64,000 bases of DNA, from positions 59,783-123,782 of IMG/VR virus record IMGVR_UViG_3300006921_004083; one strand, 5' to 3'. The stretch is from a virus. Below the pieces are notes generated by a model. The model was given only the letters and a program-made list of their open reading frames with translations, was not told where the DNA came from and searched no databases. Positions 1 to 9,620 of this stretch are shown in pieces. How positions within the stretch are numbered: position 1 is the first letter of the stretch; the number at the start of each line of letters is the position of its first letter. Made by a program: the position numbers and the translations under genes.

Positions 1-123
1 ATGGATATGGATAGTGAAGAAATACCAAAAGAATACACTCTAACAGTAGGTGACACTGAAAATTGGGACGATAACTCTATTGGAAAATCGTTTAATCCTG
101 ACTTTGACGACGAGACCAACTAA
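1..123 (+). CDS. 3' end of an upstream hypothetical gene (probably partial)
   Basis: Frame 1 is open from the window start (MDMDSEEIPKEYTLT...FDDETN) to TAA at 121-123; a terminator-like hairpin follows. Confidence 0.6.
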   Translation: MDMDSEEIPKEYTLTVGDTENWDDNSIGKSFNPDFDDETN

Positions 124-161
124 GTATATTTGACACTTACAATAAATAATTATAATATTAG

Positions 162-190
162 ACCCAACCCGAATAGAGTTGGGTTTTTAT
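162..190 (+). terminator. Rho-independent terminator
   Basis: Stem ACCCAAC (162-168) / GTTGGGT (178-184) followed by a T-rich tract. Confidence 0.7.
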
Positions 191-203
191 TTATACAAGC
201 ATC

Positions 204-232
204 TTTACTTTAATAAAATTGTTTTGTATATT
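204..232 (+). promoter_or_regulatory. sigma70-like promoter of the SSB/recA operon
   Basis: TTTACT-17 nt-TATATT upstream of ATG 280; the same architecture recurs at 40642, 41268, 56483 and 56998. Confidence 0.55.
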
Positions 233-279
233 TAATGAGTAAAAAAATATTAATTAACTAGTTAAAAAAAAAATTAAAA

Positions 280-1101
280 ATGAGTAACGTATTAGATTCA
301 ATTCTTAAACAGTATGAGTCCAACAAGTCTGGAACAGGGACCGAAAAAAAGAAAACAGACCTTAGAAAGTATTTCGCACCTTTTTTACCAAAAGGAGAAA
401 CAAGCGGAGAAAGAACAGTAAGAATTTTACCTCCTGAAGATGGAGCTTCACCATTTACCGAAGCTTGGTTTCATGAGGTACAAATTGATGGTAAGTGGCA
501 AAAACTTTACGATCCAGGTAAGAATGACAATGAAAGAAGTCCTATTACCGAAGTAAATGAGGCGTTATTAATGACAGGAGACGCAGAAGATAAAGTATTG
601 GCTAGGCAGTATAGACCAAGAAAGTTTTATGTAGTGAGAGTTATCGATAGAGATAATGAAGCAGACGGAGTAAAGTTTTGGAGATTCAAACACAACTTCA
701 AAGGAGATGGTATTATGGATAAATTAATTCCTTTATTTCAAAAGAAAGGAGATATTACCAACCCAAGAGAAGGAAGAGATATTAACCTTATCCTTAAAGC
801 TGTTAAATTACCAAGTGGTAATGGTACCTACACAACAGTATCTACAATTATGGCTGAAGACCCTTCTATGTTAACAACAGATGCAGAGAAAGCTAAACTT
901 TGGATGGCGAATAAAGAAACATATAAAGATGTGTATGTAAGAAAAGATGTAGAGTTTCTTGAAAAAGTGGCGAAAGGTGAAAATCCTTATGAAAGAAAAG
1001 AAGAAAGTAGTTCTCCAGTACAAAAGACCTCGGTCAGTGATACTACTTTGTCAGAACTTGACAAAGGAAGTGAGATTAACATGGATGATATGCCATTTTA
1101 A
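280..1101 (+). CDS. single-stranded DNA-binding protein (T4 gp32-like)
   Basis: VRILPP...PF.EAWFH, YVVRVIDRD, DITNPREGRDINL motifs; acidic tail ending DDMPF; sits next to recA. Confidence 0.8.
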   Translation: MSNVLDSILKQYESNKSGTGTEKKKTDLRKYFAPFLPKGETSGERTVRILPPEDGASPFTEAWFHEVQIDGKWQKLYDPGKNDNERSPITEVNEALLMTGDAEDKVLARQYRPRKFYVVRVIDRDNEADGVKFWRFKHNFKGDGIMDKLIPLFQKKGDITNPREGRDINLILKAVKLPSGNGTYTTVSTIMAEDPSMLTTDAEKAKLWMANKETYKDVYVRKDVEFLEKVAKGENPYERKEESSSPVQKTSVSDTTLSELDKGSEINMDDMPF

Positions 1102-1112
1102 TAACTATAGAT

Positions 1113-2111
1113 ATGGCGAAATCAATAAAGAAAAAAACATTCTCATTAGAGGACTTACAAGGAAAGTATAGTACAAAGGCAAAATACAAAGAAGATAGTT
1201 TCTTTGATGTTGGTGAAGCATTTTACAAAGCTTGTGGTATACCAGGACCTGCAGAAGGACATATAAATGTATTTTTAGGACATTCTGACACTGGAAAAAC
1301 CACAGCTTTAGTAAAAGCTGCGGTGGATGCCCAAAGAAAAGGTAAATTACCTGTGTTTATAATCACAGAACAAAAATGGGATTTTGAACATGCTAAACTA
1401 ATGGGTTTTGAATGTGACTTAAACGATAATGGTGAATGGAGTGGTACTTTTTTATTTAATGATGGTTTTTCTTATATTGAACAAATCACCGATTACATAA
1501 ATGAGTTAATAGATGAACAACAAAAAGGTAACATTCCTTATGATTTGGTTTTCTTTTGGGATTCTGTTGGTTCAGTACCTTGTAAAATGACTTTTGAAGG
1601 TAAAGGTGGAAAAATGCATAACGCAAGTACCTTAGCCGATAAGATAGGAATGGGTATTAATCAAAGAATCACGGGATCAAGAAAGGAGAGTTCAAAATTT
1701 ACGAATACTCTAATAATTGTTAACCAACCATGGGTTGAATTACCAGATAATCCTTTTAGTCAACCAAGAATTAAGATGAAAGGAGGGGAGGCTATATTCC
1801 TTAATTCGACACTCGTATTCTTATTTGGTAATCAGAAGAATAGTGGAACATCAAAAATTAACGCCACTAAAAATGGTAGAAAAGTGGCTTTTGCGACACG
1901 AACAAAAGTATCGATACTCAAAAATCATGTTAATGGTATTGGTTTTTCCGATGGAAGGGTAATTGTAACCCCACACAATTTCATAAGTGATGATGCTAAT
2001 GAAATTAAAAAATACAAAGAATCACACTCAAGTTATTGGGTTGAACAATTTGAAAAAGCTGGTGAAAAAGTAGAAGACGGCGGCTTTGAACTTATAGAAG
2101 AGAATGTTTAA
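1113..2111 (+). CDS. RecA/UvsX-like recombinase
   Basis: Walker A GHSDTGKT, Walker B FFWDSVGS, IVNQ, KMKGGEA and ILKNH motifs. Confidence 0.85.
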   Translation: MAKSIKKKTFSLEDLQGKYSTKAKYKEDSFFDVGEAFYKACGIPGPAEGHINVFLGHSDTGKTTALVKAAVDAQRKGKLPVFIITEQKWDFEHAKLMGFECDLNDNGEWSGTFLFNDGFSYIEQITDYINELIDEQQKGNIPYDLVFFWDSVGSVPCKMTFEGKGGKMHNASTLADKIGMGINQRITGSRKESSKFTNTLIIVNQPWVELPDNPFSQPRIKMKGGEAIFLNSTLVFLFGNQKNSGTSKINATKNGRKVAFATRTKVSILKNHVNGIGFSDGRVIVTPHNFISDDANEIKKYKESHSSYWVEQFEKAGEKVEDGGFELIEENV

Positions 2112-2129
2112 CCCTTTAATTACCATGAG

Positions 2130-3161
2130 TTGAGACGAAGAAATAATCAGAAAAAATTTGAAACCCTTATAGTTGACGGAGATGCTCTATTAAAAAGAGC
2201 ATTCTTCGGGGCTAAGAATGTTTTTAACGAAGAAAAAGAACATATTGGAGGATTATTCCAGTTTCTTAATATACTTAGAAAAACCCTTTCCCAGAAACAC
2301 TATAATAAAGTAGTTGTATTTTGGGATGGACAATATGGTAATCTAACTAGAAGAAAGATTTACCCAAACTATAAGATTAATAGAAAAAAATCTAGAAATT
2401 ACGATTCAGAATCTTTTTTAAGACAAAAATTAAGGACCCAACAGTACCTAGAAGAGTTATACGTAAGACAATATGTTAATGAGGATACAGAGGCTGATGA
2501 TCTTATCGCTTATTATTGTCTTAATAGAAAGAAAAATGAACTTATAACAATTTATACGGCAGATAGGGACATTGTACAGTTAGTAAATGAAGGTGTCTAT
2601 GTTTATTTACTAGATAAAAAAGAATTAGTAAAAGAGGATACCGTTTTAACTACTAGAGAGTTAGACTATCTACCTAAAAATGTCTGTTTAGTAAAAATGT
2701 TAATAGGTGATTCTTCAGACAATATTTTAGGTATAAAAGGACTATCTCCTAAAAGATTAGGTGAATTAATGCCAGATCTTAGGACTCGAAAAGTAGAATT
2801 GGATGAGATTAAAGAATTGGAATATGAGGGGGATAATTGGAGAGTAACGAAAGTATTAAATAATATAAAAACAGGAACCAGTAATGGTGGAGTATTCGGT
2901 GACGAACTTTACCAAATAAATAAAAAAATAATTAACTTAAATGAACCTTTAATAAACGAAGGGGCTAGGAAAAACGTAGAAGATTTAGTAAACTTAAATC
3001 TAGATCCAACAGGACGAGACTACAAGAACGTAATTAGAATGATGATTGATGATGGGATAGTAAATATAATACCAGCATCATACGAAGACCAATCAGAATT
3101 TTTAATTCCTTTTATAACATTAAAAAATAACGAAAAAAAAAATGGAGAGAACAAAGAATAA
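2130..3161 (+). CDS. 5'-3' exonuclease / flap endonuclease (T4 RNase H / PolA N-terminal-like)
   Basis: LIVDGD, VVFWDG, YKINR, EADDLIA, TADRD, GDSSDNILGIKG motifs; TTG start. Confidence 0.9.
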   Translation: MRRRNNQKKFETLIVDGDALLKRAFFGAKNVFNEEKEHIGGLFQFLNILRKTLSQKHYNKVVVFWDGQYGNLTRRKIYPNYKINRKKSRNYDSESFLRQKLRTQQYLEELYVRQYVNEDTEADDLIAYYCLNRKKNELITIYTADRDIVQLVNEGVYVYLLDKKELVKEDTVLTTRELDYLPKNVCLVKMLIGDSSDNILGIKGLSPKRLGELMPDLRTRKVELDEIKELEYEGDNWRVTKVLNNIKTGTSNGGVFGDELYQINKKIINLNEPLINEGARKNVEDLVNLNLDPTGRDYKNVIRMMIDDGIVNIIPASYEDQSEFLIPFITLKNNEKKNGENKE

Positions 3162-3606
3162 ATACACCGATAAATTTGAGTTTATCTTAAGAATTAATGA
3201 TAACATTATTTGCCAAAGGTACTTTAATATCAGAGGATATAACAATAGAGCGAAAGAGTCTATGGATCTTAGATGGGATTTAGGGGACATTGTAACAACA
3301 ATACAAAGTTATTTACAACAGAAAACAGAAGATTTTCTTTGGTTAAACTATAACCCTTACTCACTAAAAAACTCCGTAGTAAAAGAAGTTGATAAACAAG
3401 AAGAGGACTACTTCACCTTTGAAATTAGAGTCGACGGTAAGGTTATAATTATCGAAAGATTCACAGGAATGGACTTCCCACCGAAGGTAAGGTACTCAGT
3501 AAACATAAAATCCTTGATACCATCTATAATATCAAAGATACAACGAGGATTAAGTCAAAGAAAGTACACAAAAGTAGTAGACCATTACGAATGTAGTACT
3601 AGGTAA
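3142..3606 (+). CDS. hypothetical protein
   Basis: 154-aa ORF overlapping the upstream stop within the replication operon. Confidence 0.7.
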   Translation: MERTKNKYTDKFEFILRINDNIICQRYFNIRGYNNRAKESMDLRWDLGDIVTTIQSYLQQKTEDFLWLNYNPYSLKNSVVKEVDKQEEDYFTFEIRVDGKVIIIERFTGMDFPPKVRYSVNIKSLIPSIISKIQRGLSQRKYTKVVDHYECSTR

Positions 3607-3621
3607 TTAAGGAGAAATAGT

Positions 3622-3629
3622 ATATTTAT
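3622..3629 (+). promoter_or_regulatory. ATATTTAT putative phage (late-type) promoter motif
   Basis: Lies in the short gap before dnaB; recurs in intergenic gaps at 7353, 9599, 34143, 48850, 52047, 56506 and on the - strand at 60049. Confidence 0.5.
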
Positions 3630-3649
3630 AATAAAAGAAAATTTATAGA

Positions 3650-5023
3650 ATGACAGATAGAAATTTTGGGTACTTAGGAGATAAATTCCAATTAAAGTTA
3701 CTTTCACTTTTAATAGTGGACAACAAGTTTGCAGACAACATAGTAGAGTCGATAGAACCAACATATTTTGATGACCAATATTGTAGATTATTGATGCAAT
3801 TAATTAAAGAATATTATACAAAATATGAAACGGTTCCTACACATGATTCTTTAGACCAACTTATTAGAATTGAGGTGTCAAACGAAACGGCAAAAGAATA
3901 CTTAAAAGATACCTTAAAAAAATTAAAGGATCAAGATTTTGCAGATGCGGATTTCACCCAACAAACAGCCTTAAAATTTTGTAAACAACAAGAAATAAAA
4001 AAAGCCATTTCTAGTTCAGAAAAAATAATGTCTAACGGTAATTTCGAAGACTATGATAAGATAGAAGATTTGTTTAGAAAGGCACTAAGTGTTGGTAATG
4101 ATAAGGAAGATGGTATTGATGTGTTTACCGCTCTAGAAGATGTATTGGCAGATGACTTTAGACACCCAGTGGCGACAGGAATAACAGGAATCGATAACAT
4201 TACTAATGGAGGACTATCTAAGGGAGAATTAGGTGTTGTATTGGCCCCATTCGGTGTTGGTAAATCTACAGTATTAACTAAATTTGCTAATACTGCATAT
4301 AATTTAGGACATAACGTAGTACAAATAATCTTTGAAGATAATCCCAAGGTAATACAGAGAAAACATATTGCATGTTGGACCGGGATAGAATTAAACGAAT
4401 TGTCCGAAAGAAAAGAAGAGGTTAAAGAAAAATTAAAAGAATTTAAGAAAGATAGAGGTAGTTTGATAATTAAAAAAATGGCCTCCGATGGAACCACAGT
4501 GGGTAAAATAAAACATTATATTAGAAAATTAATTACTAGAGGTATGAGACCAGACATTATTTTATTAGATTATATTGACTGTGTGGTACCAAGTAGAGCA
4601 TTTAACGATGAATACGCTGGGGAAGGTAATGTAATGAGAGAATTTGAAACATTAGTACACGAGTTTGATATGGTTGGATGGACCGCAGTACAAGGTAATA
4701 GAAGTTCAATAGGGGCTGATGTAGTAGAAGCCCACCAAATAGGGGGGTCAATTAAGAAAGGTCAAATAGGACATTTTATAATGTCCATTGCAAAGACACT
4801 AGAACAAAAAGAAAGTGGAAGAGCAACCATAGCAGTCCTCAAATCAAGATTTGGTAAAGACGGTGTAATATTTGAAGACTGTGTTTTTGATAATGGAAGA
4901 GTCCATATCGATACAGATGACCAAGTATCATTCTTAGGATTTGAAGATGTTAAAAAAGAGAAGAAAGCAAACAGAGTTTTGGATGCCATTAAAAAGAGGC
5001 AAGAAAAGTTAAATAATAATTAA
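3650..5023 (+). CDS. dnaB: replicative DNA helicase (DnaB / gp41-like)
   Basis: Walker A APFGVGKS, LLDYID, WTAVQGNR, LKSRFG motifs. Confidence 0.9.
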   Translation: MTDRNFGYLGDKFQLKLLSLLIVDNKFADNIVESIEPTYFDDQYCRLLMQLIKEYYTKYETVPTHDSLDQLIRIEVSNETAKEYLKDTLKKLKDQDFADADFTQQTALKFCKQQEIKKAISSSEKIMSNGNFEDYDKIEDLFRKALSVGNDKEDGIDVFTALEDVLADDFRHPVATGITGIDNITNGGLSKGELGVVLAPFGVGKSTVLTKFANTAYNLGHNVVQIIFEDNPKVIQRKHIACWTGIELNELSERKEEVKEKLKEFKKDRGSLIIKKMASDGTTVGKIKHYIRKLITRGMRPDIILLDYIDCVVPSRAFNDEYAGEGNVMREFETLVHEFDMVGWTAVQGNRSSIGADVVEAHQIGGSIKKGQIGHFIMSIAKTLEQKESGRATIAVLKSRFGKDGVIFEDCVFDNGRVHIDTDDQVSFLGFEDVKKEKKANRVLDAIKKRQEKLNNN

Positions 5024-5040
5024 TAAAAATTTAGTAAAAA

Positions 5041-6954
5041 ATGGACGTATCAAATAGTATTTTGTCGGATATTACTGTGTATATGAAATATGCAAAATAT
5101 ATCCCAGAATTAAACAGAAGAGAAACATGGGACGAGTTAGTTACCAGAAATAAAAAGATGCATATTAAACACTATCCTCATTTGAAGGAAGAGATTGAAG
5201 ATAAATACAAATTTGTTTATGACAAGAAAGTATTACCATCGATGAGAAGCATGCAGTTTGGAGGAAAACCAATTGAAATTTCCCCAAATAGAATTTATAA
5301 TTGTGCTTATATGCCGATCGATAATATAGATTCTTTTAGTGAGTGTATGTTTTTATTATTAGGTGGAACAGGAGTGGGGTATTCAGTACAGAGACACCAT
5401 GTTGCAAAATTACCAATTATACAAAAACCTTATCCTAAAAAGAAAAGAAGATTTTTAATTGGTGATAGTATAGAAGGATGGGCAGATTCAATTAAAGTTC
5501 TTATGAAATCATATATGAATGGTGGTGGTAGTAGAGTAGAGTTTGACTTTTCAGATATTAGACCAAAAGGGGCTAGATTAATAACATCAGGTGGTAAAGC
5601 ACCAGGACCTCAACCACTTAAAGAATGTTTAGTGAAAATAGAAGGTTTATTAAATCAAAAAGAAAATGGAGAAGAACTTACAACAATTGAAGTACATGAT
5701 ATTGTATGTCATATCGCAGACGCGGTACTTGCCGGAGGTATTCGTAGAGCAGCTCTTATTAGTTTATTTAGTGCTGATGACGACGCAATGATAGGATGTA
5801 AAGCTGGTAATTGGTGGGAAACAAACCCACAAAGAGGTAGAGCTAATAACTCAGCAGTACTTATGAGACATAAAATAACTAAAGAGTTTTTTATGGACTT
5901 ATGGAAAAGAGTTGAATTATCAGGAGCTGGCGAACCAGGTATATATCTTAACAATGATAAGGATTGGGGGACTAACCCATGTTGCGAAATAGCTTTAAGA
6001 CCATACCAGTTCTGTAATCTTTGTGAGGTTAATGTCTCAAACATCGAATCCCAAGAAGATTTGAATGAGAGAGTAAAAGTTGCATCTTTTATTGGGACCT
6101 TACAAGCTGGATATACTTCTTTCCATTATTTAAGAGATGTTTGGAGAGAAACTACAGAAAAAGACGCACTGATAGGGGTTTCAATGACAGGTATTGGGTC
6201 AGGGAAAGTTCTTAAATATGATATGTCTAAAGCCGCTAGTCTAGTAAAAAGAGAAAACACTAGAGTATCAAAACTATTAGGAATTAATCAAGCAGCAAGA
6301 ACAACAACAGTTAAACCTGCAGGGACAACATCATTAACATTAGGCACATCATCAGGTATTCATGCGTGGCACAATGATTATTATATAAGAAGAATTAGAG
6401 TTGGTAAAAACGAAGCTATTTATACGTATCTAACCATTAATCATCCAGAATTAGTTGAAGATGAATACTTCAGACCACACGACACCGCAGTGATAAGTAT
6501 ACCACAAAAATCACCTGAAGGGTCAATCCTAAGAACGGAATCGCCATTTCAATTACTAGAAAGAGTTAAAAAAGTTGCTAGTGAATGGGTAAATGCAGGA
6601 CACAGAAAGGGTTCAAATAGTCATAATGTATCAGCCACTATTTCATTAAGAGAACATGAGTGGGATCCAGCAGGAGAGTGGATGTGGGAAAATAGAAAGT
6701 TTTACAATGGTTTATCGGTACTACCATACAATGGAGGGACATATAAACAAGCACCATTTGAAGACATTACAAAAGAAAAGTATGAAGAAATGTTAAAATC
6801 CCTAACCAATGTTGATTTATCCAATGTGATTGAGTTAGATGATAATACAGATTTATCTGGAGAGTTAGCTTGTTCAGGAGGACAATGTGAAATTGATGTT
6901 GATATGGAGTCTATTAAGGAGAAAAAGGATGAAGTGGAGTTAAATGACGCATAA
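5041..6954 (+). CDS. nrdJ: class II (adenosylcobalamin-dependent) ribonucleotide reductase
   Basis: LPSMR, YNCAY, GGTGVG, RRAALI, TNPCCEI, TTVKPAGT and C-terminal ACSGGQCEI; no beta-subunit gene nearby. Confidence 0.88.
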   Translation: MDVSNSILSDITVYMKYAKYIPELNRRETWDELVTRNKKMHIKHYPHLKEEIEDKYKFVYDKKVLPSMRSMQFGGKPIEISPNRIYNCAYMPIDNIDSFSECMFLLLGGTGVGYSVQRHHVAKLPIIQKPYPKKKRRFLIGDSIEGWADSIKVLMKSYMNGGGSRVEFDFSDIRPKGARLITSGGKAPGPQPLKECLVKIEGLLNQKENGEELTTIEVHDIVCHIADAVLAGGIRRAALISLFSADDDAMIGCKAGNWWETNPQRGRANNSAVLMRHKITKEFFMDLWKRVELSGAGEPGIYLNNDKDWGTNPCCEIALRPYQFCNLCEVNVSNIESQEDLNERVKVASFIGTLQAGYTSFHYLRDVWRETTEKDALIGVSMTGIGSGKVLKYDMSKAASLVKRENTRVSKLLGINQAARTTTVKPAGTTSLTLGTSSGIHAWHNDYYIRRIRVGKNEAIYTYLTINHPELVEDEYFRPHDTAVISIPQKSPEGSILRTESPFQLLERVKKVASEWVNAGHRKGSNSHNVSATISLREHEWDPAGEWMWENRKFYNGLSVLPYNGGTYKQAPFEDITKEKYEEMLKSLTNVDLSNVIELDDNTDLSGELACSGGQCEIDVDMESIKEKKDEVELNDA

Positions 6955-7120
6955 ATTTAGTAAAGAGATATTATACCACTTTAACTGTGGTAAATGTAGT
7001 AAATGGTGGTCAATTTCTGACTACCATTTATTTTCTAATGACAAATTAAAAAATAAAATAACTTGTCCTTATTGTGGACATAAAGAAGAAGTAAAAGAAG
7101 TGAAAAATGAAAAGAAGTGA
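6944..7120 (+). CDS. small zinc-ribbon protein (58 aa, absent from the ORF track)
   Basis: Translated by hand: MTHKFSKEILYHFNCGKCSKWWSISDY...ITCPYCGHKEEVKEVKNEKK*. Two CxxC pairs; overlaps both neighbours. Confidence 0.75.
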   Translation: MTHKFSKEILYHFNCGKCSKWWSISDYHLFSNDKLKNKITCPYCGHKEEVKEVKNEKK

Positions 7121-7325
7121 CGATTGGATTAGTGAACTACATTATAAAGAATTTGTCAAACCTAAATTTGGGCACAAAGATTTTTATTGGGAAGGTGGAA
7201 AAATGGTAATGACAGAAGAGTACCATAAAAAAAGAGGGAGTTGTTGTGGTAGTGGATGTAAACATTGTCCATTCACCCCCCAACATATAAAAATGAACAA
7301 AAACTTAAGAAAAGATAATAGTTGA
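7107..7325 (+). CDS. DUF5522-like cysteine-rich small protein
   Basis: FYWEGGKMVMTEEYHKKRGSCCGSGCKHCPF motif. Confidence 0.75.
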   Translation: MKRSDDWISELHYKEFVKPKFGHKDFYWEGGKMVMTEEYHKKRGSCCGSGCKHCPFTPQHIKMNKNLRKDNS

Positions 7326-7352
7326 TAAAAGGACTACAAATTAAAACGATCA

Positions 7353-7360
7353 ATATTTAT
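7353..7360 (+). promoter_or_regulatory. ATATTTAT putative late promoter at the start of the structural module
   Basis: Intergenic, 13 nt upstream of the gp25-like ATG. Confidence 0.55.
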
Positions 7361-7373
7361 ATTAAAGAAATAT

Positions 7374-7754
7374 ATGGCAACTAAAAATATAAATATTAAT
7401 TTTCCTTTTCAGACTTCTCCTTTGGGTGATTTTTTAAGGCTTAACGCCACAACTAAAAACGCAATAAAGGCGGACATAACTCATTTACTTTTAACTAGAA
7501 AAGGAGATAGGTTATATAACCCAGAATTTGGTTCTGGACTTTATGATTATTTATTTGAACAAATAGATGAGACAACTATTGGAGATGTGAAAAATGAGTT
7601 GGAAGTTAATATTGGAAAATATATACCTAATGTGACAATTAATGAGATAAAAATTACACCTAATCCTGATGAAAATCATATAAAGGTTAATTTAGATTAT
7701 TCTGTTAATAGTGCTTCATTTCAGGAAAATGACAATATTGAAATTATTTTATAA
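7374..7754 (+). CDS. baseplate wedge protein, gp25/GPW-like
   Basis: LLLTRKGDRLYNPEFGSGLYDYLFE signature. Confidence 0.9.
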   Translation: MATKNININFPFQTSPLGDFLRLNATTKNAIKADITHLLLTRKGDRLYNPEFGSGLYDYLFEQIDETTIGDVKNELEVNIGKYIPNVTINEIKITPNPDENHIKVNLDYSVNSASFQENDNIEIIL

Positions 7755-7756
7755 AA

Positions 7757-9565
7757 ATGGCAAAACGTATTAATTATAACGCACGTAACTTTTTAGAGGT
7801 AAGATCTGAACTAATAAATTTTGTTAAACAATATTATCCAGAATTATTTAGTGATTTTAACGATGCGTCGGTTGGACAAATGTTATTGGAATTAAATGCT
7901 GCGGTTGCGGACATGCTTTCCTTTAATACAGATAGAGCTTTTCAAGAAACACAAATTGATTACGCTCAAGAAAAATCTTCTTTATTAGGTATAGGAAGAA
8001 CTTTAGGTTTGAATATTCCAGGAGTAAGACCAAGTATCTGTCTTGTTGACTTTAGAGTTACAGTCCCTCCAAAAGGAGATACTTTTGACAATTCTTATTG
8101 TCCTATATTAAAATATGGATCACAAGTACAGGGAGGTGGACAAACTTTTGAAGTAAATGACGATATCGACTTTTCTTCACCTCTTTCAGTAGGAGGTATA
8201 CCTAATAGAAAAGTTAGACCCAATGTTGATACAAACGGTGTCATCGTCTCATACTATATTACCAAACGAGAATTAGTTGTTAATGGTACGACTAAAATAT
8301 TAAAACGAAATATAAGACCTGAAGACCTTAAACCATTTTTACAAATAGTTTTACCAGACACTAATGTTATTGGTGTTGAGCAAATTAAAATGGTTGATGG
8401 TATAGACGCCGCTCAACCAACACTAAGTGAGTTTATTTCTTTTGAAAACAGATTTTATGAGGTTGAATCCTTAGCAGAAAACCAAATATTTTTAGATGAT
8501 TATAGTAGGAATACGGATAATTCATCTATTACTCCGGGAAAATGGGTAAATACAGATAAGAAATTTATTAAGGAATACACAGATAAAGGTTTTTGTAAAG
8601 TTACTTTTGGAAGTGGTACATCCGACGCTTCACCTATAAACAATTACCTAGATAATGGATTTACTCAACAAGTACAAACTCTTGTTAATAATAAAAGCTT
8701 AGGGGAGTTGCCTAAAGCAAATTCAACAATTTACATGAGATATAGGGTAGGAGGTGGACAACAGTCAAACATAGGACCCAACGTCCTTAATACGACAGGT
8801 ATTGTAGAACTCACCAACCTTGGGAGTAATGCTAACACAGTAGAGTTGGTCAATAGTACTTTAGTTGCGAATAATCCTGTTGCTGCCATTGGTGGTGCTG
8901 ACACACCAACCATAGAAGAACTAAGATATCTTATAAAATATAATTTTGCTACTCAAAATAGAGCAGTCACGGTGAGAGATTATCTTTCACTTTTAAGTAA
9001 AATGGGGAGTAAATTTGGAGTTCCATTTAGAGTTGGAGTCTCTGAGTCACAAAATAAAATAGACATAGCAACACTAGGATTAAGTCCTTCCAAAAAATTA
9101 TCTAATGAAGCAACGCTAACCTTACAAGAAAATATTTCTAGATATTTGGCGAATTATCGTATGATTAACGATTATGTGACTATAAGTGGAGGAAGAATAC
9201 TTAATATAGGTTTTGAGATATATGCTTATTTAGATGATAATTTTAATAGATCTTTAGTGTCTGGTGAAATGATAAATGCGGTAAGAAATTACATGAACAT
9301 AAACAACCAAGAGATGGGGCAAAATATCTACCTTGCCGACCTTTCTAGAACCATAAACTCAATAGACGGAGTATTGAACGTAACAGAAATGAAAGTTTTT
9401 AATCGAGTAGGGGGAGAGTATTCTATAGATGAAGTACCACAACCTTATATAGTACAAGAAACACGAGAAATTAATACACAAAATAATTTAACATTGTTTG
9501 GTGACTTTAACACAATGTTTGAAATTAAGTACCCAGAAAACGATATTAAAGTTATTGCTAAGTAA
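7757..9565 (+). CDS. baseplate wedge subunit (T4 gp6 / baseplate J-like)
   Basis: RNFLEVRSELINF, VTFGSG, YRVGGGQQSN, GGADTPTIEELR, QNRAVTVRDY motifs; follows gp25. Confidence 0.85.
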   Translation: MAKRINYNARNFLEVRSELINFVKQYYPELFSDFNDASVGQMLLELNAAVADMLSFNTDRAFQETQIDYAQEKSSLLGIGRTLGLNIPGVRPSICLVDFRVTVPPKGDTFDNSYCPILKYGSQVQGGGQTFEVNDDIDFSSPLSVGGIPNRKVRPNVDTNGVIVSYYITKRELVVNGTTKILKRNIRPEDLKPFLQIVLPDTNVIGVEQIKMVDGIDAAQPTLSEFISFENRFYEVESLAENQIFLDDYSRNTDNSSITPGKWVNTDKKFIKEYTDKGFCKVTFGSGTSDASPINNYLDNGFTQQVQTLVNNKSLGELPKANSTIYMRYRVGGGQQSNIGPNVLNTTGIVELTNLGSNANTVELVNSTLVANNPVAAIGGADTPTIEELRYLIKYNFATQNRAVTVRDYLSLLSKMGSKFGVPFRVGVSESQNKIDIATLGLSPSKKLSNEATLTLQENISRYLANYRMINDYVTISGGRILNIGFEIYAYLDDNFNRSLVSGEMINAVRNYMNINNQEMGQNIYLADLSRTINSIDGVLNVTEMKVFNRVGGEYSIDEVPQPYIVQETREINTQNNLTLFGDFNTMFEIKYPENDIKVIAK

Positions 9566-9620
9566 AGCGCATTTACTTTTGAAAAAATATCATTAAAAAT
9601 ATTTATTAATAAATGATTTA

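Noticed and set aside
1113-6954. Inteins or introns in recA, dnaB or nrdJ
   Set aside because: Protein lengths are normal, motifs are contiguous, and no splice-junction or homing-endonuclease signatures are visible.
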